IMG/VR virus record: IMGVR_UViG_3300009085_000003
Location: 15,570-79,569 of that record
Origin: a virus
Strand: one strand, 5' to 3'
DNA length: 64,000 bases
The notes beneath the pieces were generated by a model. That model did no database searches and was not told the DNA's origin. It saw nothing but the letters and a program-made list of their open reading frames with translations. Positions within the stretch are counted from its first letter, which is position 1. Each line of letters starts with the position of its first letter. Below are positions 48,271 through 57,750 of this stretch, piece after piece. The position numbers were made by a program, and so were the translations under genes.

Positions 48271-48642
48271 TCATAGTGCATCCAACGAGGTGACCCTGAT
48301 GCGGTCTGCCAGATACACAACCCCGCGGGCATGAACCTTGGGGCGTATGAGACCCGCTGCCTCGCACCTGACGATACGCCTATTCTCCCGACGTCGAAAC
48401 ATCTTGCTGAAAAAATCTTGCGCCTCCTCGAGCGTCAGGAACACATGGAACCCAGACACGTAACGGGTACCGCGCGACCCATCGCATACAACCTTGACGT
48501 CAGCGTCCACCCACTCACCCAGTGGCAGCACCCGGCTCTTGTTTGTGCCGTGGAACAGAGACAAGGGTTGACCATTTTTGACCTCGACAATGCGGTAACA
48601 GGTAATCGCTCCTAATTGCGTGAAACTTCCCATGATTATCAT
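48271..48642 (-). CDS. Hypothetical phage protein
   Basis: ATGA overlap; YVSGFHVF motif. Confidence 0.6.
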   Translation of the reverse strand: MIIMGSFTQLGAITCYRIVEVKNGQPLSLFHGTNKSRVLPLGEWVDADVKVVCDGSRGTRYVSGFHVFLTLEEAQDFFSKMFRRRENRRIVRCEAAGLIRPKVHARGVVYLADRIRVTSLDAL

Positions 48643-48854
48643 TGCTCCGGCTGCTGCTGCTCGGGAAGCAAAGACACGCGCGAATTCCATAAAGCCACAG
48701 CCTGCCCAGCTGGGAGCTGTGGTGTCCTGAGACCACACACGATGCAGGACACATGCTCTAAAACCTCCCGGTCACCCTGCAAGTTGCGGCGGGTTACTGC
48801 GTATGCCCGCGCCTTTTTCCCGCAGCAGGGACAGGATTCAATCCGTACTGACAT
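48639..48854 (-). CDS. Lar-family (restriction alleviation-like) zinc-ribbon protein
   Basis: SCPCCG..VSCIVCG..AVALWNSR. Confidence 0.7.
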   Translation of the reverse strand: MSVRIESCPCCGKKARAYAVTRRNLQGDREVLEHVSCIVCGLRTPQLPAGQAVALWNSRVSLLPEQQQPEQ

Positions 48855-49155
48855 CGCTCTGCTCCTCGCCACCCAGCATCGGGATACTCGGCTTCTTGGC
48901 GACCAGAGAGTACCACCGCTCGACCGATACGCTGGGCTCTTTTTGGCTCAGGTCGTTGCGCACACTCAGGATGTGGGCAACACGATTACCCTGCGCCAGT
49001 ACGAGATTCATGTATCCGACCAGCTTGGTGATGGTCTTGCGCTGCTGCTCTACAGCACGCGCGTATGGGGTGGTGAATATCAAAAAGCTGGCAAAGATGC
49101 CAACCACCAGACCCAGCACCAAAGCGACTGCTCCAACAACAAAAATTTTATCCAT
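48838..49155 (-). CDS. Membrane protein
   Basis: N-terminal hydrophobic helix; AGGAG RBS. Confidence 0.6.
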   Translation of the reverse strand: MDKIFVVGAVALVLGLVVGIFASFLIFTTPYARAVEQQRKTITKLVGYMNLVLAQGNRVAHILSVRNDLSQKEPSVSVERWYSLVAKKPSIPMLGGEEQSDVSTD

Positions 49156-49261
49156 AACTCTCACTCCTATTCTGTTTTTTTGGGCATGGGCAGGGAAAAC
49201 GCGGGGAGCAACCCCCACCAAAACCTGCCCACGCCCGCAAGCAAAAGCCCGCTTGACCGTC

Positions 49262-49290
49262 ATTGTAGCACGGCGGCATTACAATGTCAA
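49262..49290 (-). promoter_or_regulatory. Sigma70-type promoter
   Basis: TTGACA-17-TACAAT with TGn extension. Confidence 0.8.
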
Positions 49291-49652
49291 GTTATGCCAA
49301 TCGATTTACGCATGGCTTGCTCCAAACGATACATAAGGTCACGCTCCTTATCAGAGCCCGGCAGACTCTCGGTGATACTCTTTTTCAATAGCTCAATCAA
49401 CAGGAGCGTTGTACGGAACGATATGCCGAGACGCCACTGGTTTTTGCCAACATGACGGTCAAGAATCACATACGCCGCGCGTTGGGCGTTCTCGACAACC
49501 TGTACTGCGCCCGAATAGCTTATGAGGTCGGGGAACTGACAGGTTTTTGTGCTCATAAGGCGCCGCAAAGCACGATTCAGGGTGGCGATATCGCCCCGCC
49601 GCGCCAGAAACTCGCAACCGTCCCACCTATCCACATAGGGCTCATTCTCCAT
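49287..49652 (-). CDS. Paralog array member 5
   Basis: C-terminal LMYRLEQAMRKSIG. Confidence 0.65.
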   Translation of the reverse strand: MENEPYVDRWDGCEFLARRGDIATLNRALRRLMSTKTCQFPDLISYSGAVQVVENAQRAAYVILDRHVGKNQWRLGISFRTTLLLIELLKKSITESLPGSDKERDLMYRLEQAMRKSIGIT

Positions 49653-50025
49653 GGGAGTATCCCAGCGCCCGGCTGACCCCGAGCTGTATCTTGTCCCGGA
49701 GCTCACCAATCTCTCTGGCTTTTTTCGGGTTGTACCATATGTCTTTGTTATAGATAGCAGACAGGATACGGACAGTGTTCATCCACACCTCCAACCGGCA
49801 GCCGATGGTGGAGTAACCTGAGTGAGATTTGTGATTCAGTTCCCAGTCCTGCGCCACTTGACTAAAGCCCATCGGCAAATTGCACCTTACATGGAACGCG
49901 TTGCCTTTCAAGTCATCCACACCGTGGAGGCTGGCACGCTGCCGCATGGCGCTGTTAATCATCTTGACCTCATCGTAAGTCAAGTCTATAGTAATGTGTG
50001 AGTTTAATAATTCTCGTGTGTTCAT
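49642..50025 (-). CDS. Paralog array member 4
   Basis: C-terminal LRDKIQLGVSRALGYSHG. Confidence 0.65.
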   Translation of the reverse strand: MNTRELLNSHITIDLTYDEVKMINSAMRQRASLHGVDDLKGNAFHVRCNLPMGFSQVAQDWELNHKSHSGYSTIGCRLEVWMNTVRILSAIYNKDIWYNPKKAREIGELRDKIQLGVSRALGYSHGE

Positions 50026-50315
50026 CCTACCGGTAACCCTAGCGCCTCTCTGACGGCTTGTTCCAACCTGTCCAGCAACGCTTCGGCGTCTTTATCCATG
50101 GGCTTATCCAACCGAATATAATCGCTGACCGCTCGCGCCACAATCAACGCTCTCTGTAGCGACACTGAGTAATCCACCGTCATGCCATAACTCAGCAAGA
50201 TGCGCACGGATAAGCCAACATCCGAATCCCGGTCGTAGTCCTCGAGGACGCGCCGCAACACGTAGCGGTCGGTGAGACACATCGTAACCTTGGCACCTAG
50301 AGGCATCTTACCCAT
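50022..50315 (-). CDS. Paralog array member 3
   Basis: C-terminal LLDRLEQAVREALG. Confidence 0.65.
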   Translation of the reverse strand: MGKMPLGAKVTMCLTDRYVLRRVLEDYDRDSDVGLSVRILLSYGMTVDYSVSLQRALIVARAVSDYIRLDKPMDKDAEALLDRLEQAVREALGLPVG

Positions 50316-50781
50316 GGCTCATCCCCACAGCCTTGTACACTGCCGCCTCTAGCCTGTCACGTAATTGTAGTATTTTCAAATTATCCTCATCGCTCAGTTG
50401 GATTACAAGCGTCGGGTCTACTTTTGGTTGCCAAAAGTATCCGTCGTCCACGAACGGCTCCGGCTCTGACAGGTGGCTAATCGCCTCGATAGCCTCCAGC
50501 GCGAGCGTGACCGGGGCGTGACACAGCGCTGGCAGAAATGGATTTGGCTTCACCGTCATCTTGCCGGTCAGCCCATTAACCGACACGATTTGTGGAAACT
50601 TATATGCTGGTATGGAGACTTTAAAGGCGCACATCAAGCGTATCAAGACGTGCTCCCGCCACCGGGTCTGGGGTAACTGGAACCGCCCCAAAAGCTCAAC
50701 GTCAGCAGTGGTCACTATGATTTCGCATGTCAATGCCCTTGCTCGAACACGGAGGTCTTCTATCTCATCTTCACGCCACAT
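50308..50781 (-). CDS. Paralog array member 2
   Basis: C-terminal LRDRLEAAVYKAVGMSHG. Confidence 0.65.
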   Translation of the reverse strand: MWREDEIEDLRVRARALTCEIIVTTADVELLGRFQLPQTRWREHVLIRLMCAFKVSIPAYKFPQIVSVNGLTGKMTVKPNPFLPALCHAPVTLALEAIEAISHLSEPEPFVDDGYFWQPKVDPTLVIQLSDEDNLKILQLRDRLEAAVYKAVGMSHG

Positions 50782-51188
50782 ATGCGATACACCACCCTTT
50801 CCAATTGTGTGAGCACCCGCTCCAGTCGGTTGCGCGTGATGATGCCGAGATGCCGCGCATACCGCTGTTTATACTCCAACACGTTGGACTGTAAAAACAT
50901 CAGTCGGATGCCAGTCATCCTCACGCGACGCGTCTCATGAGTCGGTATGTCACCGAGCAGATACGTGGATTGCCATAGACGCCCTTGTGGTTTCCCTAGC
51001 CTCAACAGACCGCACGAAACTAACTGAGACATAACACGTGCGCAATACTCCGAACGCCATGGTTCACCCGCCGCAACCGCAGTCATAATCCTTGCCAACA
51101 CACCCGCCTCGTATTTAGTGAGGCGGATAGAGTACACGCGCGACAGGCGCTCGTTTTGATACGCTGTGTCTGGAACCATACTCCTCAT
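50760..51188 (-). CDS. Paralog array member 1
   Basis: C-terminal VLTQLERVVYRICG; promoter directly upstream. Confidence 0.6.
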   Translation of the reverse strand: MRSMVPDTAYQNERLSRVYSIRLTKYEAGVLARIMTAVAAGEPWRSEYCARVMSQLVSCGLLRLGKPQGRLWQSTYLLGDIPTHETRRVRMTGIRLMFLQSNVLEYKQRYARHLGIITRNRLERVLTQLERVVYRICGVKMR

Positions 51189-51209
51189 AATATACCTTTC
51201 GTGTACCAC

Positions 51210-51239
51210 ATTGTAGCATATTACACCACCGAAAGTCAA
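51210..51239 (-). promoter_or_regulatory. Sigma70-type promoter of the paralog array
   Basis: TTGACT-18-TACAAT with TGn extension. Confidence 0.65.
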
Positions 51240-51466
51240 GTAGCAAAGTGCGACCCCCGCCTGTCTGCAAGCGGGGGTCTTGACCGGACGCCACCAGATG
51301 GCGAAGGCTATTCCCATCATAATTTGGTGGCTACCATCACCGCAGCGTGGAAAGGGCACGCTCGGTGTTATGGTTACTTTTGCGAAGCACGATTATTATA
51401 GCAACTTTTAAGGTATAATGCAATAGTGAATTACACTCACGCCCACTAACCCCCAATGGAGGACAA

Positions 51467-52876
51467 ATGTTAAAACGGATTATCCCTATCGTACTGTCTG
51501 TGGCGCTTGCCATCAGTCTGATTTTCAATGTTGTGCTCATCACACGCCCAGTCCCCGCCCCAGAGACGGTGGAGCCCATGGCGCTGTCCCAGCCCATGGT
51601 GAACGATACCACAGCGGTCGCACCCACACAGGAGCAGGGCAGCGAATCAACTCGCTGGACTGAGGTGCACTTTACCACCGCTGACAAGGCGCAGTACGCC
51701 ACGTATGCGGGAACGGATGCGGACGCGATACAGCCATCCTTTAACATCCAAATACCCAAAACCTATATCTACCTATTTGACATGAACGTCGATTATGAGG
51801 ACGTTCGCCTGAGCACGCAGGTTGTCAGCTACGGGCAGAACACCAATTACACGACCCTTGTCTGCCGATATGACGTCGACCGGGGCTGGTACGAGTTCAA
51901 CGTATCCAACTCCGGGATAGTTGCCGTACTGCGATATGACCATGAGCACGGATACAAGCTCATCGGTGAGGGCGGTCTCCAGACCATGAAACGCGGGGAC
52001 GCAATGAATGAGGTGACCGCCTCCTGTATCGGTAACGAGCTGAGCATCGAGGTCAACGGCAAGCTCTGGCGCACATTCAGAGACGACACCATCCACCATG
52101 GATATATCGGTGTCGGAGCTGGCAGCGGGACACTATACCCGGTGTCTATCAAGTTCCAGACCATCGACGTCCTAGCCCTGAGCCCAGCCACCACGATACT
52201 CCCCACAGCTACAGCCATGGTGACCCCCACCGACTGTACCGACTGGTGGGACTGCGCAGCCAAGACGCCCAAGCCAAACGACCCCCGGTTCTTGGGGTGG
52301 ACGCGTGGCAGCGGGAAGTCTGGCAACGTGAATGACCCATACTGGCAAAAGTGGGTCTGGATGAACGAGAATGACTGGCGCACGGAACGAGCGACCATCA
52401 TCTGGGACTACCTGTGCCAAATCGATGGCTGCCCATCGGAACGCGACTTGGCAACCTTACTGTTCTATCAGGAGGGCTCCATCCTACTGGATGACCCATA
52501 CGCACAGGAACTTATGGTCAAGGCTATCAAGTTCAAGCTCTCGAGTGAATCGTTCATGGGTCAGCATGATGTCATGTTTACCGGGGACGGTGTGACCATG
52601 GAGGACTTGTCGTTCTTTACGCCTTTTTTCAATCCCAAGTCTGATGGCGCCAACTTTAGCGATGCAGACTGGGCAGAGCTGACCACCAAGCCCAAGCCGG
52701 TGTTCTTTGAATTGGTCGATAAGTGGTATGCCGACCCGCACTATCCCATCTGTGGCTTGAACGGTGAGGTTGTCGACCACTGGTGGACAGGCGGGGAGCC
52801 AACCGCAGGTGTCTGGCTGTGGTTCTACAGCGTCATCGACCGTGGCGGAAACGTTATCCTCAACTTTGGGTCGTAG
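51467..52876 (+). CDS. Membrane-anchored extracellular protein with ConA/DUF1080-like beta-sandwich
   Basis: N-terminal TM helix; YEFNVSNSG..CIGNELSIEVNG..GYIGVG; Thr/Pro linker; GGAGG RBS. Confidence 0.7.
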   Translation: MLKRIIPIVLSVALAISLIFNVVLITRPVPAPETVEPMALSQPMVNDTTAVAPTQEQGSESTRWTEVHFTTADKAQYATYAGTDADAIQPSFNIQIPKTYIYLFDMNVDYEDVRLSTQVVSYGQNTNYTTLVCRYDVDRGWYEFNVSNSGIVAVLRYDHEHGYKLIGEGGLQTMKRGDAMNEVTASCIGNELSIEVNGKLWRTFRDDTIHHGYIGVGAGSGTLYPVSIKFQTIDVLALSPATTILPTATAMVTPTDCTDWWDCAAKTPKPNDPRFLGWTRGSGKSGNVNDPYWQKWVWMNENDWRTERATIIWDYLCQIDGCPSERDLATLLFYQEGSILLDDPYAQELMVKAIKFKLSSESFMGQHDVMFTGDGVTMEDLSFFTPFFNPKSDGANFSDADWAELTTKPKPVFFELVDKWYADPHYPICGLNGEVVDHWWTGGEPTAGVWLWFYSVIDRGGNVILNFGS

Positions 52877-52878
52877 CC

Positions 52879-54012
52879 ATGAGACAACTACTCGATATCC
52901 TTGGAGTTGGAATAGCGGCAATAATGCTGCTGTGCATCCTGAGCATAGCGCCTGTGTTGCCAGAGCCGGTGAACTTTTCTGAACTTGGATTATCAACTCC
53001 AACTACAGAAGTTCAACCAACGTGGGAAAGTACCCCGATTTACGCCCCGTGCACAGATAATTACTTGTCCCTTGTGGACTGGGGTGTCAACCCCGACTGG
53101 TACTATGCCCTGCTTGCTGGCGAAAGCGCCCGAGCCGCGTATCAAGCCGACCATGGCTTAACGGTCAGGCGTAGCGATGATGTGTCCAGAGCCCTGTATC
53201 AGAATTACTATACCCCGTCGCCCTGTAACTTCGTCTCCCATGGCACGTGGTTCGGCAGCGACGAACTATCGGTACAGGAGCTCCTGTTCTCTGGTGAGGT
53301 CATGCGCCAACAGATGGAGCGAGGATATGTCCTTGTGGGCAGCGGGGATTATGGGTATCACTGGGACTTGAAATATGAGGTTGACGCCTATATCGCAAAA
53401 TGGGCAGCCAATCGCAGCCCCACTGATTACCTGCTCGAAAAGCAGGGGTCTGTCCTGTACGTCTACTTTGCCGATGGCGGGGTAGAACGCACGCACCATT
53501 TTGTGGGTGGCAAGATTGACCCGGTGACATACGAGGAGCTCAACCCCAAGCAACGGCGCCTGTATGACGCTACCACCATGGGTGCTTGGGATATCCAATC
53601 CAAGCTGCTGGTACCCACACAGGAGCACCTGACCCCGGAACAAGCCCTTGCCTCTAGGCAGTATGTTGGCTTTGTATCTGGTAAGTCAGTCAACGATATC
53701 GGGCGCCGGTTCCTGTTGTATCGATACCTGCCCGAGCCCCAGTTTGTGGGCGTTGCTCTTGTGGTCGGAACAGCAAAGCGGGCAGACTGGACTGGCATAG
53801 GTGGAACGTCAGATGAGAGTTTTCAGTATGACCACTTCCCCCTGATTCTGAGACGATACAACGGATACCTCTGGGGATTCGATTTCCCCACCAACCTGTA
53901 CCTGATGTTCGGGGGCACCATCAACCCCGGTGACCCGATACACGTCCCTACAGAGCCGGTGCTGGCAATCGACCCAGACAGGAACAGCCCCAACCCAGCA
54001 CGCGGGGAGTAA
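52879..54012 (+). CDS. Membrane-anchored hypothetical protein
   Basis: ATG 2 nt after the preceding stop; N-terminal hydrophobic helix. Confidence 0.7.
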   Translation: MRQLLDILGVGIAAIMLLCILSIAPVLPEPVNFSELGLSTPTTEVQPTWESTPIYAPCTDNYLSLVDWGVNPDWYYALLAGESARAAYQADHGLTVRRSDDVSRALYQNYYTPSPCNFVSHGTWFGSDELSVQELLFSGEVMRQQMERGYVLVGSGDYGYHWDLKYEVDAYIAKWAANRSPTDYLLEKQGSVLYVYFADGGVERTHHFVGGKIDPVTYEELNPKQRRLYDATTMGAWDIQSKLLVPTQEHLTPEQALASRQYVGFVSGKSVNDIGRRFLLYRYLPEPQFVGVALVVGTAKRADWTGIGGTSDESFQYDHFPLILRRYNGYLWGFDFPTNLYLMFGGTINPGDPIHVPTEPVLAIDPDRNSPNPARGE

Positions 54013-54068
54013 AACGTAAAATAGGTTTTTACAGAAATGGGTTGTTTTTGTAAAATGGCAATGATACC

Positions 54069-54104
54069 AAAAGTCCTACCCCTTACTGGTAGGACTTCGG
54101 TTTT
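54069..54104. terminator. Terminator hairpin between the convergent + operon and tRNA
   Basis: AAGTCCTACC-N7-GGTAGGACTT. Confidence 0.7.
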
Positions 54105-54133
54105 GTGAGCGTCGTATTGGGCTGTGTGATAGC

Positions 54134-54204
54134 CTGCGGGACACAGGGTCGAACTGTGACCTCCGGGGGATGAACCCGACGAGCTACCTGAGCTCCATCC
54201 CGCT
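54134..54204 (-). tRNA. Initiator-type tRNA-fMet(CAT), atypical
   Basis: Cloverleaf AGCGGGA TG GAGC TCAGGTA GCTC G TCGGG TTCATCC CCCGG AGGT CACAG TTCGACC CTGTG TCCCGCA G; 1-72 mismatch, A11:U24, three anticodon-stem G-C pairs; no CCA. Confidence 0.75.
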
Positions 54205-54365
54205 CTAAGAGGGACACCCTAACGACACCCCCAGTATACCACATTATTAAAGCGAACCCCCGCCAGTTCGGGGGCGGGGGCTGCCAGAAATGAGGGACTT
54301 GTGGGCACAAGTCAGATACATAAACCTCTTAGATAGTACAATATTTCAAAACAAAAGTCAAGTAC

Positions 54366-54686
54366 CTATTTTCGCATGGCTTTGGCAACGACCTCCTGCC
54401 ACTCCTCGAGCGTGATGCGCCCATGGCTCAGCGCCCAGCACTCTCGCGGGTTGAGATACTGTCTGCCGTCCTTGGGGGCGTCCCACGCGTTGTATCGTAT
54501 CACCTGCGTCTCCGCCTCCTCGTAACGACCTATCTTGAGCAGGGTGTGCACCCGAACCCGCTCCCGGCGATGGATGTGTGTTTTGTACCACTTCTCGCTC
54601 TCACTGGTCGTGATACCAGTTATCGGGGTATGGCGGCGCGACCGGCTCACTCTTGCCTCGGGTTGGCTCCGTGCTCCTCCATGCAT
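54366..54686 (-). CDS. Hypothetical protein
   Basis: ORF in operon; start uncertain. Confidence 0.5.
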   Translation of the reverse strand: MHGGARSQPEARVSRSRRHTPITGITTSESEKWYKTHIHRRERVRVHTLLKIGRYEEAETQVIRYNAWDAPKDGRQYLNPRECWALSHGRITLEEWQEVVAKAMRK

Positions 54687-54901
54687 TTGACGCAGATACC
54701 CGCAATCTTGCGGATGTCGTCCAGCGCCATGGCATCGCTGGGGGTGAGCGTCCAGTGCTCGACAGCCCGGTTCATGTAGTGCTGCATCATTATCAAAAAC
54801 TCGCCAACCGTGTGCTTGCGCCCATCGGTGCGAATCTTGGGTAGCTTATCCTGATATGCCCGTTCGCTGTCGATGATTTCGTAGACCTTTTCACGTAACA
54901 T
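54647..54901 (-). CDS. Small all-alpha MazG-like protein (putative)
   Basis: SERAYQD..IRKIAGICVKCME pattern; AGGAGG RBS. Confidence 0.5.
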   Translation of the reverse strand: MLREKVYEIIDSERAYQDKLPKIRTDGRKHTVGEFLIMMQHYMNRAVEHWTLTPSDAMALDDIRKIAGICVKCMEEHGANPRQE

Positions 54902-55151
54902 ATGGGGGAATCCTCCTGTTGTGTCTAATGGCGCTTACTCCCTGCGCCGACCTCTCGAGCGTCGACCCTGCGACACCCACGGTCTAGGTTACCTTACGCG
55001 TAACCCAGAGGGTCAGCTGTATAAGTGGGACGTTGCTGGGGCTGATACGCTGTGCACATTTGCTGTATCGGGTCTCCGAGCCACAGTTTTGGGATGCATC
55101 CCATCGCCAACGTTGCCCTACCAAACCACAGTATACCACATGCGTGGCAGA

Positions 55152-55225
55152 TACTCGTGGGTGGACTCGAACCACCGACCCGCACCTTAGAAGGATGCCG
55201 CTCTCACCAACTGAGCTACACGAGT
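55152..55225 (-). tRNA. tRNA-Arg(TCT)
   Basis: ACTCGTG TA GCTC AGTTGGTGA GAGC G GCATC CTTCTAA GGTGC GGGTC GGTGG TTCGAGT CCACC CACGAGT A; no CCA. Confidence 0.92.
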
Positions 55226-55599
55226 GTGGAGCGGGAGGGGGAGACAGGACGCCATAAGTCGGGGTCAGCGTAATCGCCCCACGTCCCGTCCTCACAGAAC
55301 GCGGCGATTGCCCACGCCTCGGGAGCGTCTGGGCGCTTGGCATAGTACAAAATGCACCGCTGCCCAAGGTCTGGGCGCTCCTGAGGGTACTGGCGCCAGC
55401 GCACTACATCACGCATGGTACTTAGGCGACCCCTTAACTCAGCGACGTATACGTCCAGTTCTTTTTGTCCACGCGTTGACATGCCACCGTCTTGTTCGTC
55501 ACCGATTGATATATCCAAAATCTCATCAACCAGCGCGTTGTCTGGCAAAGCTCGGGCGATGGTCATGGCTTCTTGCTCATACTTAGTTAACTTTCGCAT
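55216..55599 (-). CDS. Hypothetical protein
   Basis: AAGGAG RBS; 3' end overlaps the tRNA-Arg 5' end. Confidence 0.6.
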   Translation of the reverse strand: MRKLTKYEQEAMTIARALPDNALVDEILDISIGDEQDGGMSTRGQKELDVYVAELRGRLSTMRDVVRWRQYPQERPDLGQRCILYYAKRPDAPEAWAIAAFCEDGTWGDYADPDLWRPVSPSRSTLV

Positions 55600-55643
55600 C
55601 TCGACGCTCCTTATAAACACACTTACATTATAACACATTATTA

Positions 55644-56174
55644 TCAATCAGCTTGCCAGTGCTTTGGAATCCCCAGCCGCCGTTCGATAGCGCGGCGGGT
55701 ATCCCGCTGTAGCTGTAACTTGTGCCCGTTCTGACAGTACCACATCCTTGCAGCAAAATAGCGGTCATCCTTGGGAGATGTCCTACCCTGTGCCTTGCCA
55801 GCCCCCACCCAGTCACATATCATCTCGGTGAGGTAGGGCTCCTCTATGGGTAGGATAATAAACCCGGTCTCATCCTCGGGGTGTGTCCACCACTGCCAGT
55901 GGTGTCGGTTGCGCTTTTGATGCAGGAACCACGCCCGGTCAAATGCAGCGTCCCCGGTGTTGGTAGGCTTGTAGTACCCGGTCTCGTTACGTCCGGTCTG
56001 GATGCTGCCACGCTTGACACCATAAAAGTGCTTGGCATAGGGGATGAACTCATCCGGGCTGAACTTGCTCAGGTCGTGTACGATTCCACGCCAAGCGATA
56101 CCCGCCCGGATACACTCGAGCAGCACGTACAGCTTGTGGCGGAGCAAATAACGCAGGTAGGGCAGGTAGGTCAA
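55644..56174 (-). CDS. DUF5662-like HD-family protein
   Basis: RHK..HDLSKF..HQKRNRHHW..EMICDW; start uncertain. Confidence 0.75.
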   Translation of the reverse strand: MTYLPYLRYLLRHKLYVLLECIRAGIAWRGIVHDLSKFSPDEFIPYAKHFYGVKRGSIQTGRNETGYYKPTNTGDAAFDRAWFLHQKRNRHHWQWWTHPEDETGFIILPIEEPYLTEMICDWVGAGKAQGRTSPKDDRYFAARMWYCQNGHKLQLQRDTRRAIERRLGIPKHWQAD

Positions 56175-56271
56175 TGGAGCGCCACCGCTATGACACACAG
56201 CCATGGCAGGATAAAACACACCACCACCAAGAACGCCTGCCGGATACGAATCATGTCAGGTTTATCATTCA

Positions 56272-57750
56272 TCATAACCTCCAAAAGTTTGCCCGCGCCG
56301 TTGCCATGGACAGGCACACGCACAGGTCGATTTTCAGGCTCTGGCTGCGTTTGACGATACGCAGCTTCGCATCATCCGCATCAGTCTTGTAGTTCGCGTT
56401 GCAGACATGGGTTGACAGGTCTGGGTACCCACCATCGTGGTGCACCCTGCGGTCACGTATCATGTCGCGCAGCGCCTTATCCGACACCAATCGGTCGGCT
56501 CCCTGCTTGAATTCCTTGAGGTGAGCGATGCGCTCTTTTTTGAGCCGGTTCGCCATATCCTCCAACTGGTAGGGGTCGTAACATATCTCCACCACGTTGT
56601 AGGACGCCAGCAGCCTGCGTATCTCCGCCTCGACCTCTTGAAAGTCTATTTTACCATTCAGTGGCGGCTTCCATGCGTTGGCATAGCGCACATCCAGATG
56701 CTGCCCATTGTCCCCGCGCCCGGATACCATCACCAACCCGAAAGAGTCATCGTCCACCGCCGCGTCCATGGCAACGACACATGGCTGCGATGGGTCTAAA
56801 TCGGGTAAGTTTCCCTTGCACCCCTCCCACCACTCTGCCGGGATAAACGACTCTGTGCTCGATGCCCACTCGTTGCGGTGAACGCGCCTGAATTCGGAGT
56901 CGGTCAGGACTGCCGTCTCTTGGGCATAGTAATCCTTGGACTGCCATGGCAGCCGTGGCACCGTGTTCCACAGCATGAACATGCGGGCGGTTCTATTCGT
57001 CCACGCCTCCAGTGGCGGGGTGAGATTATCAAACTGTACCAGCTCCCCAGCTCTCCCGGTATCATACAGCTGCTCGAGCAGGGTGGATTCCCCAGAGAAC
57101 CCTGCGTAGGTCTCCACCCACCGGAATGAGCGACCGAACTTCATGGGGGAGAGGGTAGCCTCAGTCCACATCCGCCGCTGTGCCTCTTGGTGCGCTCCCC
57201 AGAGCTCACTGAATACGATGACATCCGCATTGGAGCCAGCTTCACCGGTTGGGTCGATAGGTACAGATTCGATGATGGTGTGATTCGGCAGGGTGATTTG
57301 GTAGTTCCTGACCTTACAGACATGCCTGAGGGCAGGGTTGAGCTCGATAGCACGCCTGATGTAGAACCCCACACGGCTGTCAGCGCCCTTGAGGTCGTTC
57401 GCAATGACCATGACTTGTCCCCACTCCACCTGAAAGCCCCTGTAGAGCGCTACAGCGGCTGCTATGGTCGATTTGATGGACTTCTTGATATCTGACCACA
57501 CTATCACGGAATTATTGAACAGCCCCGTCTGTGGGTCAGTGCTCAGCGCCACCCGGAGCGCCTGTTGCTGGTAGTTATCCAGCACCATGGCTCCCTTGAG
57601 CTCCGGGACGTAGAAATGCCGTGTAATCCAGCGCACCGGGTCTGGGTCAACCAGCATCAGGTCACTGTTGCGCTCAGCCCGGCGCCGCCGTAACTCAAGC
57701 TCGGCTTGGGCTTGCAGCTGCATCAGCTCATTACTGCGTTCCGAGGACAT
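56272..57750 (-). CDS. terL: Terminase large subunit
   Basis: YQQ Q-motif, deviant Walker A IKKSIKST, Walker B IVFSE, nuclease MDAAVDDD..DPYQ..KID. Confidence 0.9.
   Translation of the reverse strand: MSSERSNELMQLQAQAELELRRRRAERNSDLMLVDPDPVRWITRHFYVPELKGAMVLDNYQQQALRVALSTDPQTGLFNNSVIVWSDIKKSIKSTIAAAVALYRGFQVEWGQVMVIANDLKGADSRVGFYIRRAIELNPALRHVCKVRNYQITLPNHTIIESVPIDPTGEAGSNADVIVFSELWGAHQEAQRRMWTEATLSPMKFGRSFRWVETYAGFSGESTLLEQLYDTGRAGELVQFDNLTPPLEAWTNRTARMFMLWNTVPRLPWQSKDYYAQETAVLTDSEFRRVHRNEWASSTESFIPAEWWEGCKGNLPDLDPSQPCVVAMDAAVDDDSFGLVMVSGRGDNGQHLDVRYANAWKPPLNGKIDFQEVEAEIRRLLASYNVVEICYDPYQLEDMANRLKKERIAHLKEFKQGADRLVSDKALRDMIRDRRVHHDGGYPDLSTHVCNANYKTDADDAKLRIVKRSQSLKIDLCVCLSMATARANFWRL

Noticed and set aside
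54134-55225. tRNA genes as a prophage attachment boundary
   Set aside because: Phage genes continue on both sides, and no integrase or duplicated tRNA 3' end was seen.
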